Source: Capsulimonadaceae bacterium (GTDB lineage: Bacteria; Armatimonadota; Armatimonadia; Armatimonadales; Capsulimonadaceae). Taken from it: a stretch of DNA of 64,000 nucleotides. The position numbers were made by a program, and so were the translations under genes. The stretch spans positions 4,768,001 to 4,832,000 of the forward strand of contig OZ244065.1 of NCBI GenBank assembly GCA_965215505.1. The letters run 5' to 3'. Under the pieces are notes generated by a model. The model saw only the letters and a list, made by a program, of their open reading frames with translations, was not told the DNA's origin and ran no database searches. Below, piece after piece: positions 43,913 to 54,148 of this stretch (within the stretch, counting starts at the first letter, position 1; the number at the start of each line of letters is the position of its first letter).

Positions 43913-46453
43913 ATGCGCTTCGCCCTCTCCGCTGCCCTCGCCTTCCTTGCCGCTCTTGTACCGACCGCCGCCTGCCATGCCGCCGCGCCGCCGACGCCCC
44001 CCGCCATCACCACCGACGCGGACGGCGTGACCATCCATGGCAAGCGGACCATCCTGTTGATCGGCACCTTCCAGCCCTCCCGCACCGACCCCTCCGACTG
44101 GGACCGGAGGCTGGGACAGTTCGCGGGAAGCGGCTACAATACGATAGACTGCCTCGTGCCCTGGAACTTCCACGAGCCGGAGGAAGGCCGCTTCGACTTC
44201 TCCTCGCCCACGCACGACCTGCCCCGCTTCCTGCGGCTCTGTCAGAAGCACCACCTGTACGTCTTCCTCCGCTCCGGTCCTTACGTCTGCGACGAGTGGG
44301 ACGGCGGCGGTTTCCCCGCCTGGCTCATCCCCAAGGCCGGCCTCGCGATCCGCCGCACCAACCCGCGCTATCTGGCCGCCGTCCGCGAGTTCGTGCGCGC
44401 CCTAGACAAGATCGTCCGGCCCTACCAGATCACGAAAGGCGGGCCGGTCATCCTGAACCAACTGGAAAACGAGCTGGACTATTTCGGCGGGGCGGGGCCG
44501 GACGACGACCGCCGCGTCTACCTCACCGCCCTGCGCGATTACGCCCGGCAGGACGGCCTGGACATCCCTTTGACCGCCTGCGTCGGCGGCCCGAACAGCA
44601 CCGACGGGCCGCTGCGGCGGGCGATGGGGCTTGCCGATGGCATCATCCCCACTGGCAACTTCTACGGCGGCGGCGCGATCGAGGCGCGGGCGCACGGGTT
44701 CATCGCCGCCGTCCACGCGGCCAAGTCCGCAGACGGCGCTTCGCTCGCCGCGTTCCCCGTCGTCTGCTCCGAAACCGGGCGGGACGAGGCCGGGCAGCGA
44801 CGCCTGCTGGCGGCGGGGCTGAAAGGCGTCTCGCCCTTCAACTTCGTGTCCGGCTCGAACTTCCTGTTCAACAACGGCGACACCAACTGGAACAGCCCGA
44901 TCTCCTATATCAGCACGTCCGTGGACTTCGGCGGCATGATCAGCTTCAGCGGCGTCCAGACTGCCAACTGGTACGCCGCCCGCCGCCTGGCCGGCTTCGT
45001 CAACACGGTTTCGGATGCCCTGGGCCGCGCCGCGTCCGACACGAACTGGGAGGGCGGGTTTTCTGCCTCCAACGCCGCCCTCGGGGCCGACGAGGGCGGC
45101 GGCAAGCCCCGCCGCCTGTACCGGCTAGCCGCCCCGAACGGCCCGCAGTTCGTGTTCCTGTGGAACGACGGCGGCAAAGCCCAGCCGACGACGCTGACGG
45201 TCGGCGCGCTGACCCTGCCGCGCCACTCCGCCCTCACCGTCGCGCCCGGTTACGACCAGATCGTGCCGCTAAACCTGTCCCTGGCCGCCTGGGGCCTGCC
45301 CGCTGTCACCCTGCGCTACGCGACCGGCGAGCTTTACCACTGCGAGGAAGAGGGCCAGACGACGACCCTGACGCTGGCCGGGAACGCGGGTGATGAGGGC
45401 GAGGTCAGCCTGTCTGCCGCGCCCGCCAAGGTGTTCGCCACGGGCACCCCTGCCCGCGTCTATGCCGACGGCGGCGACTGGACAGCCGCTTATCGGACCG
45501 GGCAGACGCGCGGCCTGACCCTCTTCTACGGCCCGCGCCGCCTGGTCGTCCGGCTGGTTTCACGGCAGGAACTCGACGCCGTCCCGAACGCCAAGCCGCC
45601 GACGCGCGACCTTCTGGCCGGGGGTGTTTGGCGCACTATGGATGCCGCCGCCCCCGCCGCTTCCGCCGCCCGCTCCTTCGCCGGGCCGGAACCGCCGACG
45701 ATGGAGGCGGTGGGTCTGTGGCACGGCGCAGCCTGGTATCGGTGCGCCTTCGCCGCCCACCCGACTGCGGGCGGTGTGGCCCCCGTCCTCTCCCTGGCGC
45801 ACGCCGGGGACCTCGTGACGGCTTACCTCAACGGCAAATCCCTGGGAACTCAGCGCGGCCTCGGCAGCGAAGTCAAGTTCGACGCGGCGGAGGCGCTTCA
45901 GGAGGGGACGAACACGCTCGCCGTCCGCGTCGAAGTGTGGGGCCACGCGAACTTCGACGACGGCCGCAATCCCAGCCTGCGCCTGAACAGCCCGCGCGGT
46001 TTATGGGGGCCAATCCGCCTGGGCGATGCGCCCCTAAGTCCCGTCGGCGGCTGGCGGGTGTCCGCCGAGGACCCGTCGCCGCCGGCTTCCTTCGCGGGGC
46101 CTGACGGCGCGCTGACCGTTGGCGAGACCGGCCGGGGCACCTGGCATGAACGGACGCTGAAGCTGTCCGGCTCTATCTCCTCCAGGGGCTACGTCCTCAG
46201 CCTGGCCGGGAAGAACGTCCTGGGGCACCTGTTCGTCAACGGCCACCCCCTGGGCCGCTGCCTGTTCGGCCCCGCGATGGACCCGCACATGGCCGGCGGC
46301 CCGTCCGACCTGTTCTACGTCCCCGCCGCCTGGCTTTCCCCCGCCGGTCGCCCCACGCGCCTGAGCGTGTGGACATTGGCGACCGGGCCGGATGCCGCCC
46401 TCACAAAGATGGACTGGACGCCTGTCCCGCCGAACGCCGAGGAAACCCGATGA
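43913..46453 (+). CDS. GH35 beta-galactosidase family protein
   Basis: VPWNFHEPEEG, RSGPYVCDEWDGGGFPAWL, GGPVILNQLENE; signal peptide. Confidence 0.88.
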   Translation: MRFALSAALAFLAALVPTAACHAAAPPTPPAITTDADGVTIHGKRTILLIGTFQPSRTDPSDWDRRLGQFAGSGYNTIDCLVPWNFHEPEEGRFDFSSPTHDLPRFLRLCQKHHLYVFLRSGPYVCDEWDGGGFPAWLIPKAGLAIRRTNPRYLAAVREFVRALDKIVRPYQITKGGPVILNQLENELDYFGGAGPDDDRRVYLTALRDYARQDGLDIPLTACVGGPNSTDGPLRRAMGLADGIIPTGNFYGGGAIEARAHGFIAAVHAAKSADGASLAAFPVVCSETGRDEAGQRRLLAAGLKGVSPFNFVSGSNFLFNNGDTNWNSPISYISTSVDFGGMISFSGVQTANWYAARRLAGFVNTVSDALGRAASDTNWEGGFSASNAALGADEGGGKPRRLYRLAAPNGPQFVFLWNDGGKAQPTTLTVGALTLPRHSALTVAPGYDQIVPLNLSLAAWGLPAVTLRYATGELYHCEEEGQTTTLTLAGNAGDEGEVSLSAAPAKVFATGTPARVYADGGDWTAAYRTGQTRGLTLFYGPRRLVVRLVSRQELDAVPNAKPPTRDLLAGGVWRTMDAAAPAASAARSFAGPEPPTMEAVGLWHGAAWYRCAFAAHPTAGGVAPVLSLAHAGDLVTAYLNGKSLGTQRGLGSEVKFDAAEALQEGTNTLAVRVEVWGHANFDDGRNPSLRLNSPRGLWGPIRLGDAPLSPVGGWRVSAEDPSPPASFAGPDGALTVGETGRGTWHERTLKLSGSISSRGYVLSLAGKNVLGHLFVNGHPLGRCLFGPAMDPHMAGGPSDLFYVPAAWLSPAGRPTRLSVWTLATGPDAALTKMDWTPVPPNAEETR

Positions 46454-49374
46454 TCCCACTTGTTCCCGCCCACCTCACCTGTGAGTACCGCGCCGACCCG
46501 CGCGGCATTGACGCCCTGCGCCCGCGCCTGAGCTGGCAGGTACAGTCGCCCCTGCGCGGCGAACGGCAGACCGCCTACCGGATACTTGTCGCGGACAGTC
46601 CGCAAGAACTCGCTCGGAGCCGAGGGAACGTCTGGGACAGCGGCAAGGTCCTGTCGGGCCGGACCGTCGCCGTCCGCTACGGCGGCCCGGCCCTGGCCTC
46701 GGGGCGTGTCTGCTTCTGGAAGGTCCGTGTCTGGGACAAAGACGGCAAGCCCTCGCCGGGAAGCGCGCCCGCACAATGGCAGATGGGCCTCCTGCGTCCT
46801 TCCGACTGGCGCGCGTCTTGGATCAGCGCGGCCACCCCGCGCGACACCAAGGACGGGGGACTCACCCTGCCGCCCTGCCCCTACCTGCGGAAGACGTTCA
46901 CACTGGACAGATCCATCAAGCGGGCCACACTCTACGCCACGGCGCGCGGCTTGTATGCCCTCAGCGTCAACCGCAAGCGGGTGGGGGATGCCGTGTTCGC
47001 GCCCGGCTGGACCGACTACACCAAGCGCATCGTCTATCAGACCTATGACGTCACCGGGCGGCTGCACGTCGGCGCGAACACCCTGGGCGCTGTCCTCGGT
47101 GACGGCTGGTACGGCGGCTATGTCGGCTTCGGACGCCGCCGAGATCTTTACGGCGACCGCCCACAGTTTCGGGCGCAGCTCGTGATCGAGTACGCCGGCG
47201 GCAGCCGCCAAACGGTCCTGACCGACGGCTCCTGGCGCGGCGCGGTCGGCCCGCTCCTGCACTCGGACTTCTTGCAGGGCGAGACTTATGACGCCCGCCG
47301 CGCCCCGTCCGGCTGGCGACCGGTCGTGGTCCAGCCCGCCGCCCCGCGCTTGAAAGAAACCGACGTGACCGCGAGGCTCCAGGCGCGGGTTCAGAACGAG
47401 GCCCTGAGCGTCGTCGCCGACAACAAGATCGCGGGCGACCCCGCCTATCTCACGCCCAAACGACTGCGGGTGGACTACACCTTGGGGGGCGTAGCCCATT
47501 CGCAGACTACTGCCGAGGATGCGACGCTGACGATCCCCGGACCCGGCGAAACCCCCGGCCCGCTCGTCATAAGGCGCGCGGTCTACGGCGCTCTGGGTGA
47601 CCCGACCGGCCCCCCCAGCCTCGTCGCCCAAATCGGGCCGCCGGTGCGCGTCACGCAGCACCTCCCGCCCCGCCGCGTGACCCGGCCCGCGCCGGGGACG
47701 TATCTGTACGACTTGGGCCAGAACATGGTCGGCTGGGCGCGGCTCAAAGTCAAGGGCCCGGCGGGGACGGCCGTCCGGCTGCGCTTCGGCGAGATACTGA
47801 ACCCCGACGGCACCCTCTACACGACCAACCTGCGCTCGGCGCGGGCGACCGACACTTACATCCTCAAAGGGCACGGCGTTGAAACCTGGGAGCCGCACTT
47901 CACCTTCCATGGCTTCCGCTACGTTGAAGTCACCGGCTACCCTGGCAGGCCGCGCCCGGACGCCGTGATGGGCTGCGTCGTCGGCTCGGACATGCCCCCG
48001 GCGGGAAAATTCATTTGTTCCCAGCCGATGGTGAACAAGCTCCAGCATAACATCGTCTGGGGCCAGCGCGGCAACTTTCTCAGTGTCCCGACGGACTGCC
48101 CGCAGCGCGACGAGCGCCTGGGCTGGATGGGCGATGCCCAGATATTCGCCCGGACCGCCACCTACAACCGGGACGTGGCGGCGTTTTATGAGAAGTGGAT
48201 GGACGACGTTGACGACGCCCAATCCCCCTCGGGCGGCTTCTCCGACGTCTCGCCGCGCCTCGTGGACGGGTCCGACGGGGCACCCGCCTGGGGCGACGCC
48301 GGCATCATCGTCCCCTGGACCGTTTACCAGGCCTACGGCGACACTGGCATTCTCGCCGCGCACTGGCCCGCGATGACGCGCTGGCTGGGCTACATCACGT
48401 CGGTCAACCCCGACGGCCTGTGGACACGCCGCCGCAACAACGACTTCGGCGACTGGCTCTCCATCGCCGCCGACACGCCCAAAGACGTGCTTGGAACGGC
48501 CTACTACGCCTACGACGCCTCCCTCATGGCGCGCATGGCCCGCGCCCTGGGCCGCACCTCGGAGGCCGCGCGCTATGACGCCCTGTTTGGCCACATCAAG
48601 TCGGCCTTCAATGCCGCCTACGTCTCGCCTGACGGGCGCATCAAGGGCGACACGCAGACCGCCTACGTCCTGGCCCTGCGCTTTAATCTCCTCCCGGATA
48701 CCCTGCGTCCGCTGGCAGCCCAGCGCCTCGTTGCCGACATCGCGGCCAAGAACAATCACCTCTCCACCGGGTTCGTCGGCGTCGGCTACCTCTGCCCCGT
48801 CCTGACCGAAACCGGGCACAACGATGTCGCCTACAGGCTGCTCCTCAACGACACCTTCCCGTCGTGGGGGTACTCCATCAAGCAGGGCGCGACGACCATC
48901 TGGGAGCGGTGGGACGGCTACACCAAAGAAAAGGGCTTCCAGGACCCCGGCATGAACTCGTTCAACCACTACTCGCTCGGCTCGGTCGGCCAGTGGCTCT
49001 ACCAGGACGTTGCCGGGATTGACACCGACCCGAACCAGCCCGGCTTCGCCCATATCTTGATCCGTCCGCACCCCGGCCCCGGTCTGACCCAGGCCCGCGC
49101 CATCTACGACAGCATCCGGGGTCCCATCACCTGCGCCTGGCATACGGGCGGCGCGGGCCTGACCCTGGACGTGACGGTTCCCGCCAACACCACGGCGACT
49201 GTCTTCGTGCCCGCGCCCGGCGGGGCAGATGTGACCGAGGGCGGTGTTCCCGCCGCCCGCGCGCCGGGCGTCTCTTCGGCGCAGCGGGTAGGAGATCAAG
49301 TCGTGGTTTCCATCGGTTCCGGCTCGTACCATTTCCAGGTGCGCCAGGGTGCTGCGACCGAGGCGAGGAGATAA
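46450..49374 (+). CDS. GH78 alpha-L-rhamnosidase
   Basis: PRLSW, DLGQNMVG, FHGFRYVEV, PTDCPQRDERLGWMGD, GATTIWERW, MNSFNHY. Confidence 0.95.
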   Translation: MIPLVPAHLTCEYRADPRGIDALRPRLSWQVQSPLRGERQTAYRILVADSPQELARSRGNVWDSGKVLSGRTVAVRYGGPALASGRVCFWKVRVWDKDGKPSPGSAPAQWQMGLLRPSDWRASWISAATPRDTKDGGLTLPPCPYLRKTFTLDRSIKRATLYATARGLYALSVNRKRVGDAVFAPGWTDYTKRIVYQTYDVTGRLHVGANTLGAVLGDGWYGGYVGFGRRRDLYGDRPQFRAQLVIEYAGGSRQTVLTDGSWRGAVGPLLHSDFLQGETYDARRAPSGWRPVVVQPAAPRLKETDVTARLQARVQNEALSVVADNKIAGDPAYLTPKRLRVDYTLGGVAHSQTTAEDATLTIPGPGETPGPLVIRRAVYGALGDPTGPPSLVAQIGPPVRVTQHLPPRRVTRPAPGTYLYDLGQNMVGWARLKVKGPAGTAVRLRFGEILNPDGTLYTTNLRSARATDTYILKGHGVETWEPHFTFHGFRYVEVTGYPGRPRPDAVMGCVVGSDMPPAGKFICSQPMVNKLQHNIVWGQRGNFLSVPTDCPQRDERLGWMGDAQIFARTATYNRDVAAFYEKWMDDVDDAQSPSGGFSDVSPRLVDGSDGAPAWGDAGIIVPWTVYQAYGDTGILAAHWPAMTRWLGYITSVNPDGLWTRRRNNDFGDWLSIAADTPKDVLGTAYYAYDASLMARMARALGRTSEAARYDALFGHIKSAFNAAYVSPDGRIKGDTQTAYVLALRFNLLPDTLRPLAAQRLVADIAAKNNHLSTGFVGVGYLCPVLTETGHNDVAYRLLLNDTFPSWGYSIKQGATTIWERWDGYTKEKGFQDPGMNSFNHYSLGSVGQWLYQDVAGIDTDPNQPGFAHILIRPHPGPGLTQARAIYDSIRGPITCAWHTGGAGLTLDVTVPANTTATVFVPAPGGADVTEGGVPAARAPGVSSAQRVGDQVVVSIGSGSYHFQVRQGAATEARR

Positions 49375-49375
49375 G

Positions 49376-51769
49376 GTGACGAACCCGGAGGAGCCTAAAC
49401 CCCTTATCGCCGTCATCCCTGCTCCACCGCCCGCCTTGCAGGGCGGCCTGACCATGGGAACAGCGCGCTCCCCGGACGGGCGCGAGATCACCGTCAACAG
49501 CCGGAGCCTCCTGCGTGACGGCCTGCCCTGGCTGCCCGTCATGGGCGAGTTCCACTACGCCCGCACTCCCGAGGGCGAGTGGCGTGATGAACTCCTCAAA
49601 GTGCAGGCGGGCGGCATTGACATCGTGGCCTCGTACCAGTTCTGGATACACCACGAGGAGCAGGAAGGACGCTGGGACTGGTCGGGCCGCCGTAGCCTGC
49701 GCCGGTTCGTTCAGCTCTGCGGCGAGGTTGGCCTGGCGTTCGTCGCCCGCATCGGCCCCTGGTGTCATGGCGAGGTCCGCAACGGCGGCCTCCCCGATTG
49801 GCTCCTGGCAGCGTCCGAAACGCGCACCGACGATCCCCGCTATCTCACCCACGTCCGCCGGTTCTATGCCGAAATCGCCGCACAGCTTCAGGGCCTCCTG
49901 TGGAAAGACGGCGGCCCCGTCGTCGGCGTCCAGATCGAGAACGAGTACGGCGGCCCCGCCGAACACCTGCTCACCCTCAAGCGTCTCGCCCGCGAGGCCG
50001 GCCTGGACGTGCCCCTGTACACCCGGACGGGCTGGCCGGAGCTGAGTACCCCCATGCCCCTGGGGGAGCTGCTGCCCCTCTTCGGCGGCTACCCGGACGG
50101 CTTCTGGGACCGGTCGCTTGAAGAGATGCCGCCCGGCTTCCGGGGCGCGTTCCGGTTCAGCGCCGTCCGCGCCGACGCCGCCATCGCGACCGACCAGCTT
50201 GGCGACCGGGACGCGCAGGAGGAAGACAACCTGCACTACCCCTACTTCGCCTGCGAGATCGGCGGCGGCATGGAGCGCAGCTACCACCGCCGGATTCGCA
50301 TGGCTCCAGCGGACATAGCCGCCCTGGCCCTGGTCAAGCTCGGCTCCGGCAGCAACCTCCAGGGCTACTACATGTACCACGGCGGCACCAACCCCGAGGG
50401 TAGGCTGTCCACGTTGCAGGAGTCCCAGGCCACCGGCTACTGGAACGACCTGCCGGTCAAGTCCTATGACTTCCAGGCCCCCCTGGGCGAGTTCGGCCAG
50501 GTCCGCGCCCACTACCACTCACTGCGTCGGATGCACCTGTTCCTGCGCGACTTCGGGGCGGGCCTGGCCCTCATGCCCTCGGTCCTGCCGGAGAGACGGC
50601 CCGCGCCTCCCGACGACACGGACACGTTGCGCTGGTCGGTCCGGTCGGACGGACGCGGCGGCTTCCTGTTCGTCAACAACTACCAGCGCCTCCAGTCGAT
50701 GCCGCCCAAAGAGGGTGTCCAATTCGACCTGCGTCTGCCGACCGGGCCGCTCGTCGTCCCCAATCAGCCTGTCACGCTCCCCGCTGACTGCGCCCTCTTT
50801 TGGCCGTTCAACCTGGACATGGGCGGCGCGGCGCTTGTGTACGCCACCGCTCAGCTTGTCTGCCGCCTGGAAGATCAGGGGACTGACTACTCCGTGTTCG
50901 CCCAGACCCCCGGCGTCCCTTCGGAGTTCGTGTTTGACGCCGTGGGCCTGTCCGTAGAGTCGGCGAACGGCGAGGTGACGGAGGCGGCGGGCCGAACCCG
51001 CGTCGAGCTACAGCCGGGGACCGAGGCCGCCCTGCGCCTGCGGACGGCGGACGGGCGGCATGTCGCCGTCCTGCTGCTGGATGAGCCGCAGTCTCTCGCC
51101 TGCTGGAAGGGTGTGTTCGCGGGCCGCGAGCGCCTGTTCCTGACCCGCGCCGCGTTGCTCCTCGATGGTGACGACAGTAGCCTGCGCCTCCGCGCCGCCG
51201 ACCCCGCCGACCTGACGGTCGGCATCTTTCCCGCGCCCCCGCCGCTCACGACCGGCGGCGTTCCGGCCCCGGCGCTGCCCGACGGTCTTTTCCACCGCTT
51301 CACCGCCCATGCCGTCCCCGCCGTGTCGGTCGAGGCCACCTGGGAGCAGATCAAGGCCGCCGGCCCCGCCCGCCGGATCGTCCTGGGCAGCCAGGGCGTC
51401 GCCGAAGCACCTTCCGAGGCTGATTTCGAGGACGCCGCCGTCTGGCGGCTGCACCTGCCATCAGATATGGGCACGGACCGCGCCCTGCGGCTCCGCATCC
51501 ATTACACGGGCGATGTCGCCCGCGTCCTGCTCGACGACGTCCTCCTGACCGACAACTTCTACAACGGCGACCCCCTTGAGGTCGGCCTGAAGCGCCACGC
51601 GCCCGACATATACGCGGGCGATCTGCGGCTCCAAATCCTGCCGCTCCGCTCCGACGCGCCCATTCATTTGCCCCAGGACGCCTGGCCGGACGGCAACGCC
51701 GACTCTATGGCGTCGCTCCACTCCATTGAAGTCGTCGAGGAACTGGAAACAGAATTCCGATCCCCGTAG
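49376..51769 (+). CDS. GH35 beta-galactosidase family protein
   Basis: MGEFHYAR, FWIHHEE, RIGPWCHGEVRNGG.PDW, VQIENEY, YYMYHGGTNP, SYDFQAPLGEFG. Confidence 0.9.
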   Translation: MTNPEEPKPLIAVIPAPPPALQGGLTMGTARSPDGREITVNSRSLLRDGLPWLPVMGEFHYARTPEGEWRDELLKVQAGGIDIVASYQFWIHHEEQEGRWDWSGRRSLRRFVQLCGEVGLAFVARIGPWCHGEVRNGGLPDWLLAASETRTDDPRYLTHVRRFYAEIAAQLQGLLWKDGGPVVGVQIENEYGGPAEHLLTLKRLAREAGLDVPLYTRTGWPELSTPMPLGELLPLFGGYPDGFWDRSLEEMPPGFRGAFRFSAVRADAAIATDQLGDRDAQEEDNLHYPYFACEIGGGMERSYHRRIRMAPADIAALALVKLGSGSNLQGYYMYHGGTNPEGRLSTLQESQATGYWNDLPVKSYDFQAPLGEFGQVRAHYHSLRRMHLFLRDFGAGLALMPSVLPERRPAPPDDTDTLRWSVRSDGRGGFLFVNNYQRLQSMPPKEGVQFDLRLPTGPLVVPNQPVTLPADCALFWPFNLDMGGAALVYATAQLVCRLEDQGTDYSVFAQTPGVPSEFVFDAVGLSVESANGEVTEAAGRTRVELQPGTEAALRLRTADGRHVAVLLLDEPQSLACWKGVFAGRERLFLTRAALLLDGDDSSLRLRAADPADLTVGIFPAPPPLTTGGVPAPALPDGLFHRFTAHAVPAVSVEATWEQIKAAGPARRIVLGSQGVAEAPSEADFEDAAVWRLHLPSDMGTDRALRLRIHYTGDVARVLLDDVLLTDNFYNGDPLEVGLKRHAPDIYAGDLRLQILPLRSDAPIHLPQDAWPDGNADSMASLHSIEVVEELETEFRSP

Positions 51770-51850
51770 GGGCGCCGCTTGCCGCGCCCTCCTCATCTTT
51801 CCGGCCCTCCTCATCTTTCCAATCCCTCTTGGCACCCCCCGAAAAATAGA

Positions 51851-51908
51851 TGCTAGAAAATTAGCATTTTCCTTGACATCCTGCTCCCAATGTGCTAAAT
51901 TATTAGCA
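51851..51908 (+). promoter_or_regulatory. Promoter with two palindromic operators for the BlaI/BlaR1 operon
   Basis: TGCTAG-AAAA-TTAGCA (51851-51866) and TGCTAA-ATTA-TTAGCA (51893-51908); TTGACA (51873)-17 nt-TAAATT; ATG 6 nt after the -10 suggests a leaderless mRNA. Confidence 0.8.
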
Positions 51909-52294
51909 TGGCTACCGACACCGCCCTCAGCCGCCGCGAGCGGCAGATCATGGACATCATCTACCAGCAGGAGAAGGCGACCGCCGCCGACGTGCTGGCC
52001 GCCCTGCCCGACCCGCCCTCCTACTCCTCCGTGCGCGCTTTACTCGGCGTCCTGGAGTCGAAGGGCCACCTGCGGCACGTCAAGGACGGCGCGCGTTACG
52101 TCTACTCGCCCGTCCGGTCCCGACGTGGGGCGGCCAAGTCCGCCTTGCAGCAGGTCATGCAGACCTTCTTCGCCGGCTCGGTCGAGCGGACCGTCGCCAC
52201 CCTCCTGTCCGCCTCCGACGCGCCGCTGTCCGAGGAAGAATGCGAGCGCCTGTCGGCGCTCATTGACCGGGCGAAAGAAGGGGGCAAGAAATGA
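51908..52294 (+). CDS. BlaI/MecI/CopY family transcriptional repressor
   Basis: LSRRERQIMDIIY, SYSSVRALL..LE.KG, RYVY.P, FFAGS. Confidence 0.95.
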   Translation: MATDTALSRRERQIMDIIYQQEKATAADVLAALPDPPSYSSVRALLGVLESKGHLRHVKDGARYVYSPVRSRRGAAKSALQQVMQTFFAGSVERTVATLLSASDAPLSEEECERLSALIDRAKEGGKK

Positions 52295-54111
52295 GTGAAG
52301 TGCCTCCAGTCCTGACGTGGCTCCCCGTGCTGGGCAGCCTCGCTTTGAAAAGCCTGATCCTGTTCCTTGTCGCGGGCGCGGCCCTGCTCGCCCTGCGGCG
52401 GGCGTCCGCCTCGGCGCGGCACCTCGTCTGCCTCCTGGCGCTGGTGGGCCTGCTGGCCCTGCCTCTCCTGTCTCTGGCCCTGCCGGGCTGGCGGCTTGCG
52501 GTGCTGGCCCCGCCTGCCGCGCCGCCCGCACCCGCCGTGCCGTCTGTCGTTACGGTGCCGGTGCTTGTCCCTACGGAGACGGGAGCGCCGACGAAGGTGG
52601 TCCCCTTCGTGCCCCCGTCCGCCCGGCTCGCCCCCCTCCTGGCCCTGCCGACGCCCGCCCCTGCCCCGCGTCCCTTCCCCTGGCTGATCGCCCTGGCCGC
52701 CCTCTGGCTCGGCGGCGTCCTGATTGCCGTCCTGCGGCCCCTCCTCGGCCTGTGGGGTATCGCGCGGCTCTCCCAGGCCAGCGCCGCAGTCACAGACGCA
52801 TCCATCCTGGCCCAAGCCGCCGAATGCGCGTCCGCCCTTGGCATCAGCCAGGCACCCGCCTTGCGTCAGGCCGATGCCTCCGTCCCGATGACTTGGGGCT
52901 GGCATCGCCCCGTCGTCCTGCTGCCTGCCGAGGCGCGGGACTGGCCCGAGGGCCGCCTGCGAGCCGTCCTGCTGCACGAGCTGGCCCACGTCCGGCGGCG
53001 CGACTGGCTCTCCCACCGGCTGGCCGATGTCGTCTGCGCCCTCTACTGGTTCCACCCGCTCGCCTGGCTCACCGCCCGTCGCCTCAAAATGGAGAGCGAG
53101 ATCGCCTGTGACGACCTCGTCCTGACCTCCGGCGTCGCCGCCCCGGACTACGCCCGGCACCTGCTGGACGTCGCCCGCGCCCTGCGCCCCGCCCCCGCCC
53201 TCGTTCCCACCGCCGCCATCGCCATGGCGCGCACCGCCCGCATCGAAGGGAGACTGACCATGATCCTGGACACCACCCGCCCCCGCCGCGCCCTGACGCG
53301 CCGCGCCCTGCTGACGGTCCTCAGCCTCAGCGCCGCCGCCCTCGTCCCGCTCGCCGTCCTGCGGCTTGAAGCACGGGCACAGGCCGCGCCCGGCGTCATC
53401 CCCGCCCGGCACCTCACGACGCTCCATGTGACCACTGCCACCCCCACGATGGTTGCGGCAGGCGTCATGCCCATCCAGTTGGCGCGAGTCTACACTGACC
53501 TATGGGAACTTCACGGCCTCAGCCGTCGCCGTGTCCAGTTTGCCTTCCGGCTACCTGCTGCCGCGCGGGATGTCACGGTCAAGTATGCGCTGACCGGCAG
53601 CCTGTATTCTTCTTCGGACGGCACTTGGCCCTCGAAGATGCAGGGCACCAGCGGGCAGACAGAGGCACAGCTTAACGCCCAGACCGGCGGGGCGCGCATC
53701 GTGACTGCGACCTTCCCCTCGTCCGTCTCCAAGACCAATGTCCGCGTCAGCACCGCCTCCGGTCACTGGGAAAAGGAAGCCGCCGCCGCCCCGACCCGCT
53801 ACACCGGCTCCAGCGTCACGACCAGTCGCGGCACGTTCATCTTCAGCCCGGTGACGCCGGAAAAAGGCAACATCTGGGGGGTGACGATCACGACCGGCCA
53901 GCCGAAGGAAGACGTCCGCATCGTGGCTATAGACGCGCGCGGCCATGAACTGCTGCCCTCCACCATCGGCGATACGACCGCAGGCGGCCTGGACCAGATC
54001 ACCGCACGGTTCGCCGGTCTGCCCCTGCCGCAGATCAAGGAGTTCCGCGTGGAATCCCGCCCATTCCACTCCGTCGAGTTCAAAAACGTCGCCTTGCGGC
54101 CCGCGAAGTAG
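52291..54111 (+). CDS. BlaR1/MecR1-like M56 metallopeptidase with non-PBP C-terminal domain
   Basis: PMTWG..RPVVLLP, HELAHVRRRD, WFHPL.W, E.ACDD.V, YARHLL, MA...IEGRL.MIL. Confidence 0.93.
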   Translation: MSEVPPVLTWLPVLGSLALKSLILFLVAGAALLALRRASASARHLVCLLALVGLLALPLLSLALPGWRLAVLAPPAAPPAPAVPSVVTVPVLVPTETGAPTKVVPFVPPSARLAPLLALPTPAPAPRPFPWLIALAALWLGGVLIAVLRPLLGLWGIARLSQASAAVTDASILAQAAECASALGISQAPALRQADASVPMTWGWHRPVVLLPAEARDWPEGRLRAVLLHELAHVRRRDWLSHRLADVVCALYWFHPLAWLTARRLKMESEIACDDLVLTSGVAAPDYARHLLDVARALRPAPALVPTAAIAMARTARIEGRLTMILDTTRPRRALTRRALLTVLSLSAAALVPLAVLRLEARAQAAPGVIPARHLTTLHVTTATPTMVAAGVMPIQLARVYTDLWELHGLSRRRVQFAFRLPAAARDVTVKYALTGSLYSSSDGTWPSKMQGTSGQTEAQLNAQTGGARIVTATFPSSVSKTNVRVSTASGHWEKEAAAAPTRYTGSSVTTSRGTFIFSPVTPEKGNIWGVTITTGQPKEDVRIVAIDARGHELLPSTIGDTTAGGLDQITARFAGLPLPQIKEFRVESRPFHSVEFKNVALRPAK

Positions 54112-54148
54112 CCCTGCCCCATCAGGGAGCAGAGGCAGGAGACAGGCC

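Noticed and set aside
46315-49542. Long antisense ORFs (e.g. 1075 aa here, 37375..40101, 21744..23405, 16452..18353)
   Set aside because: Shadow frames of high-GC genes with clear family motifs on the opposite strand.
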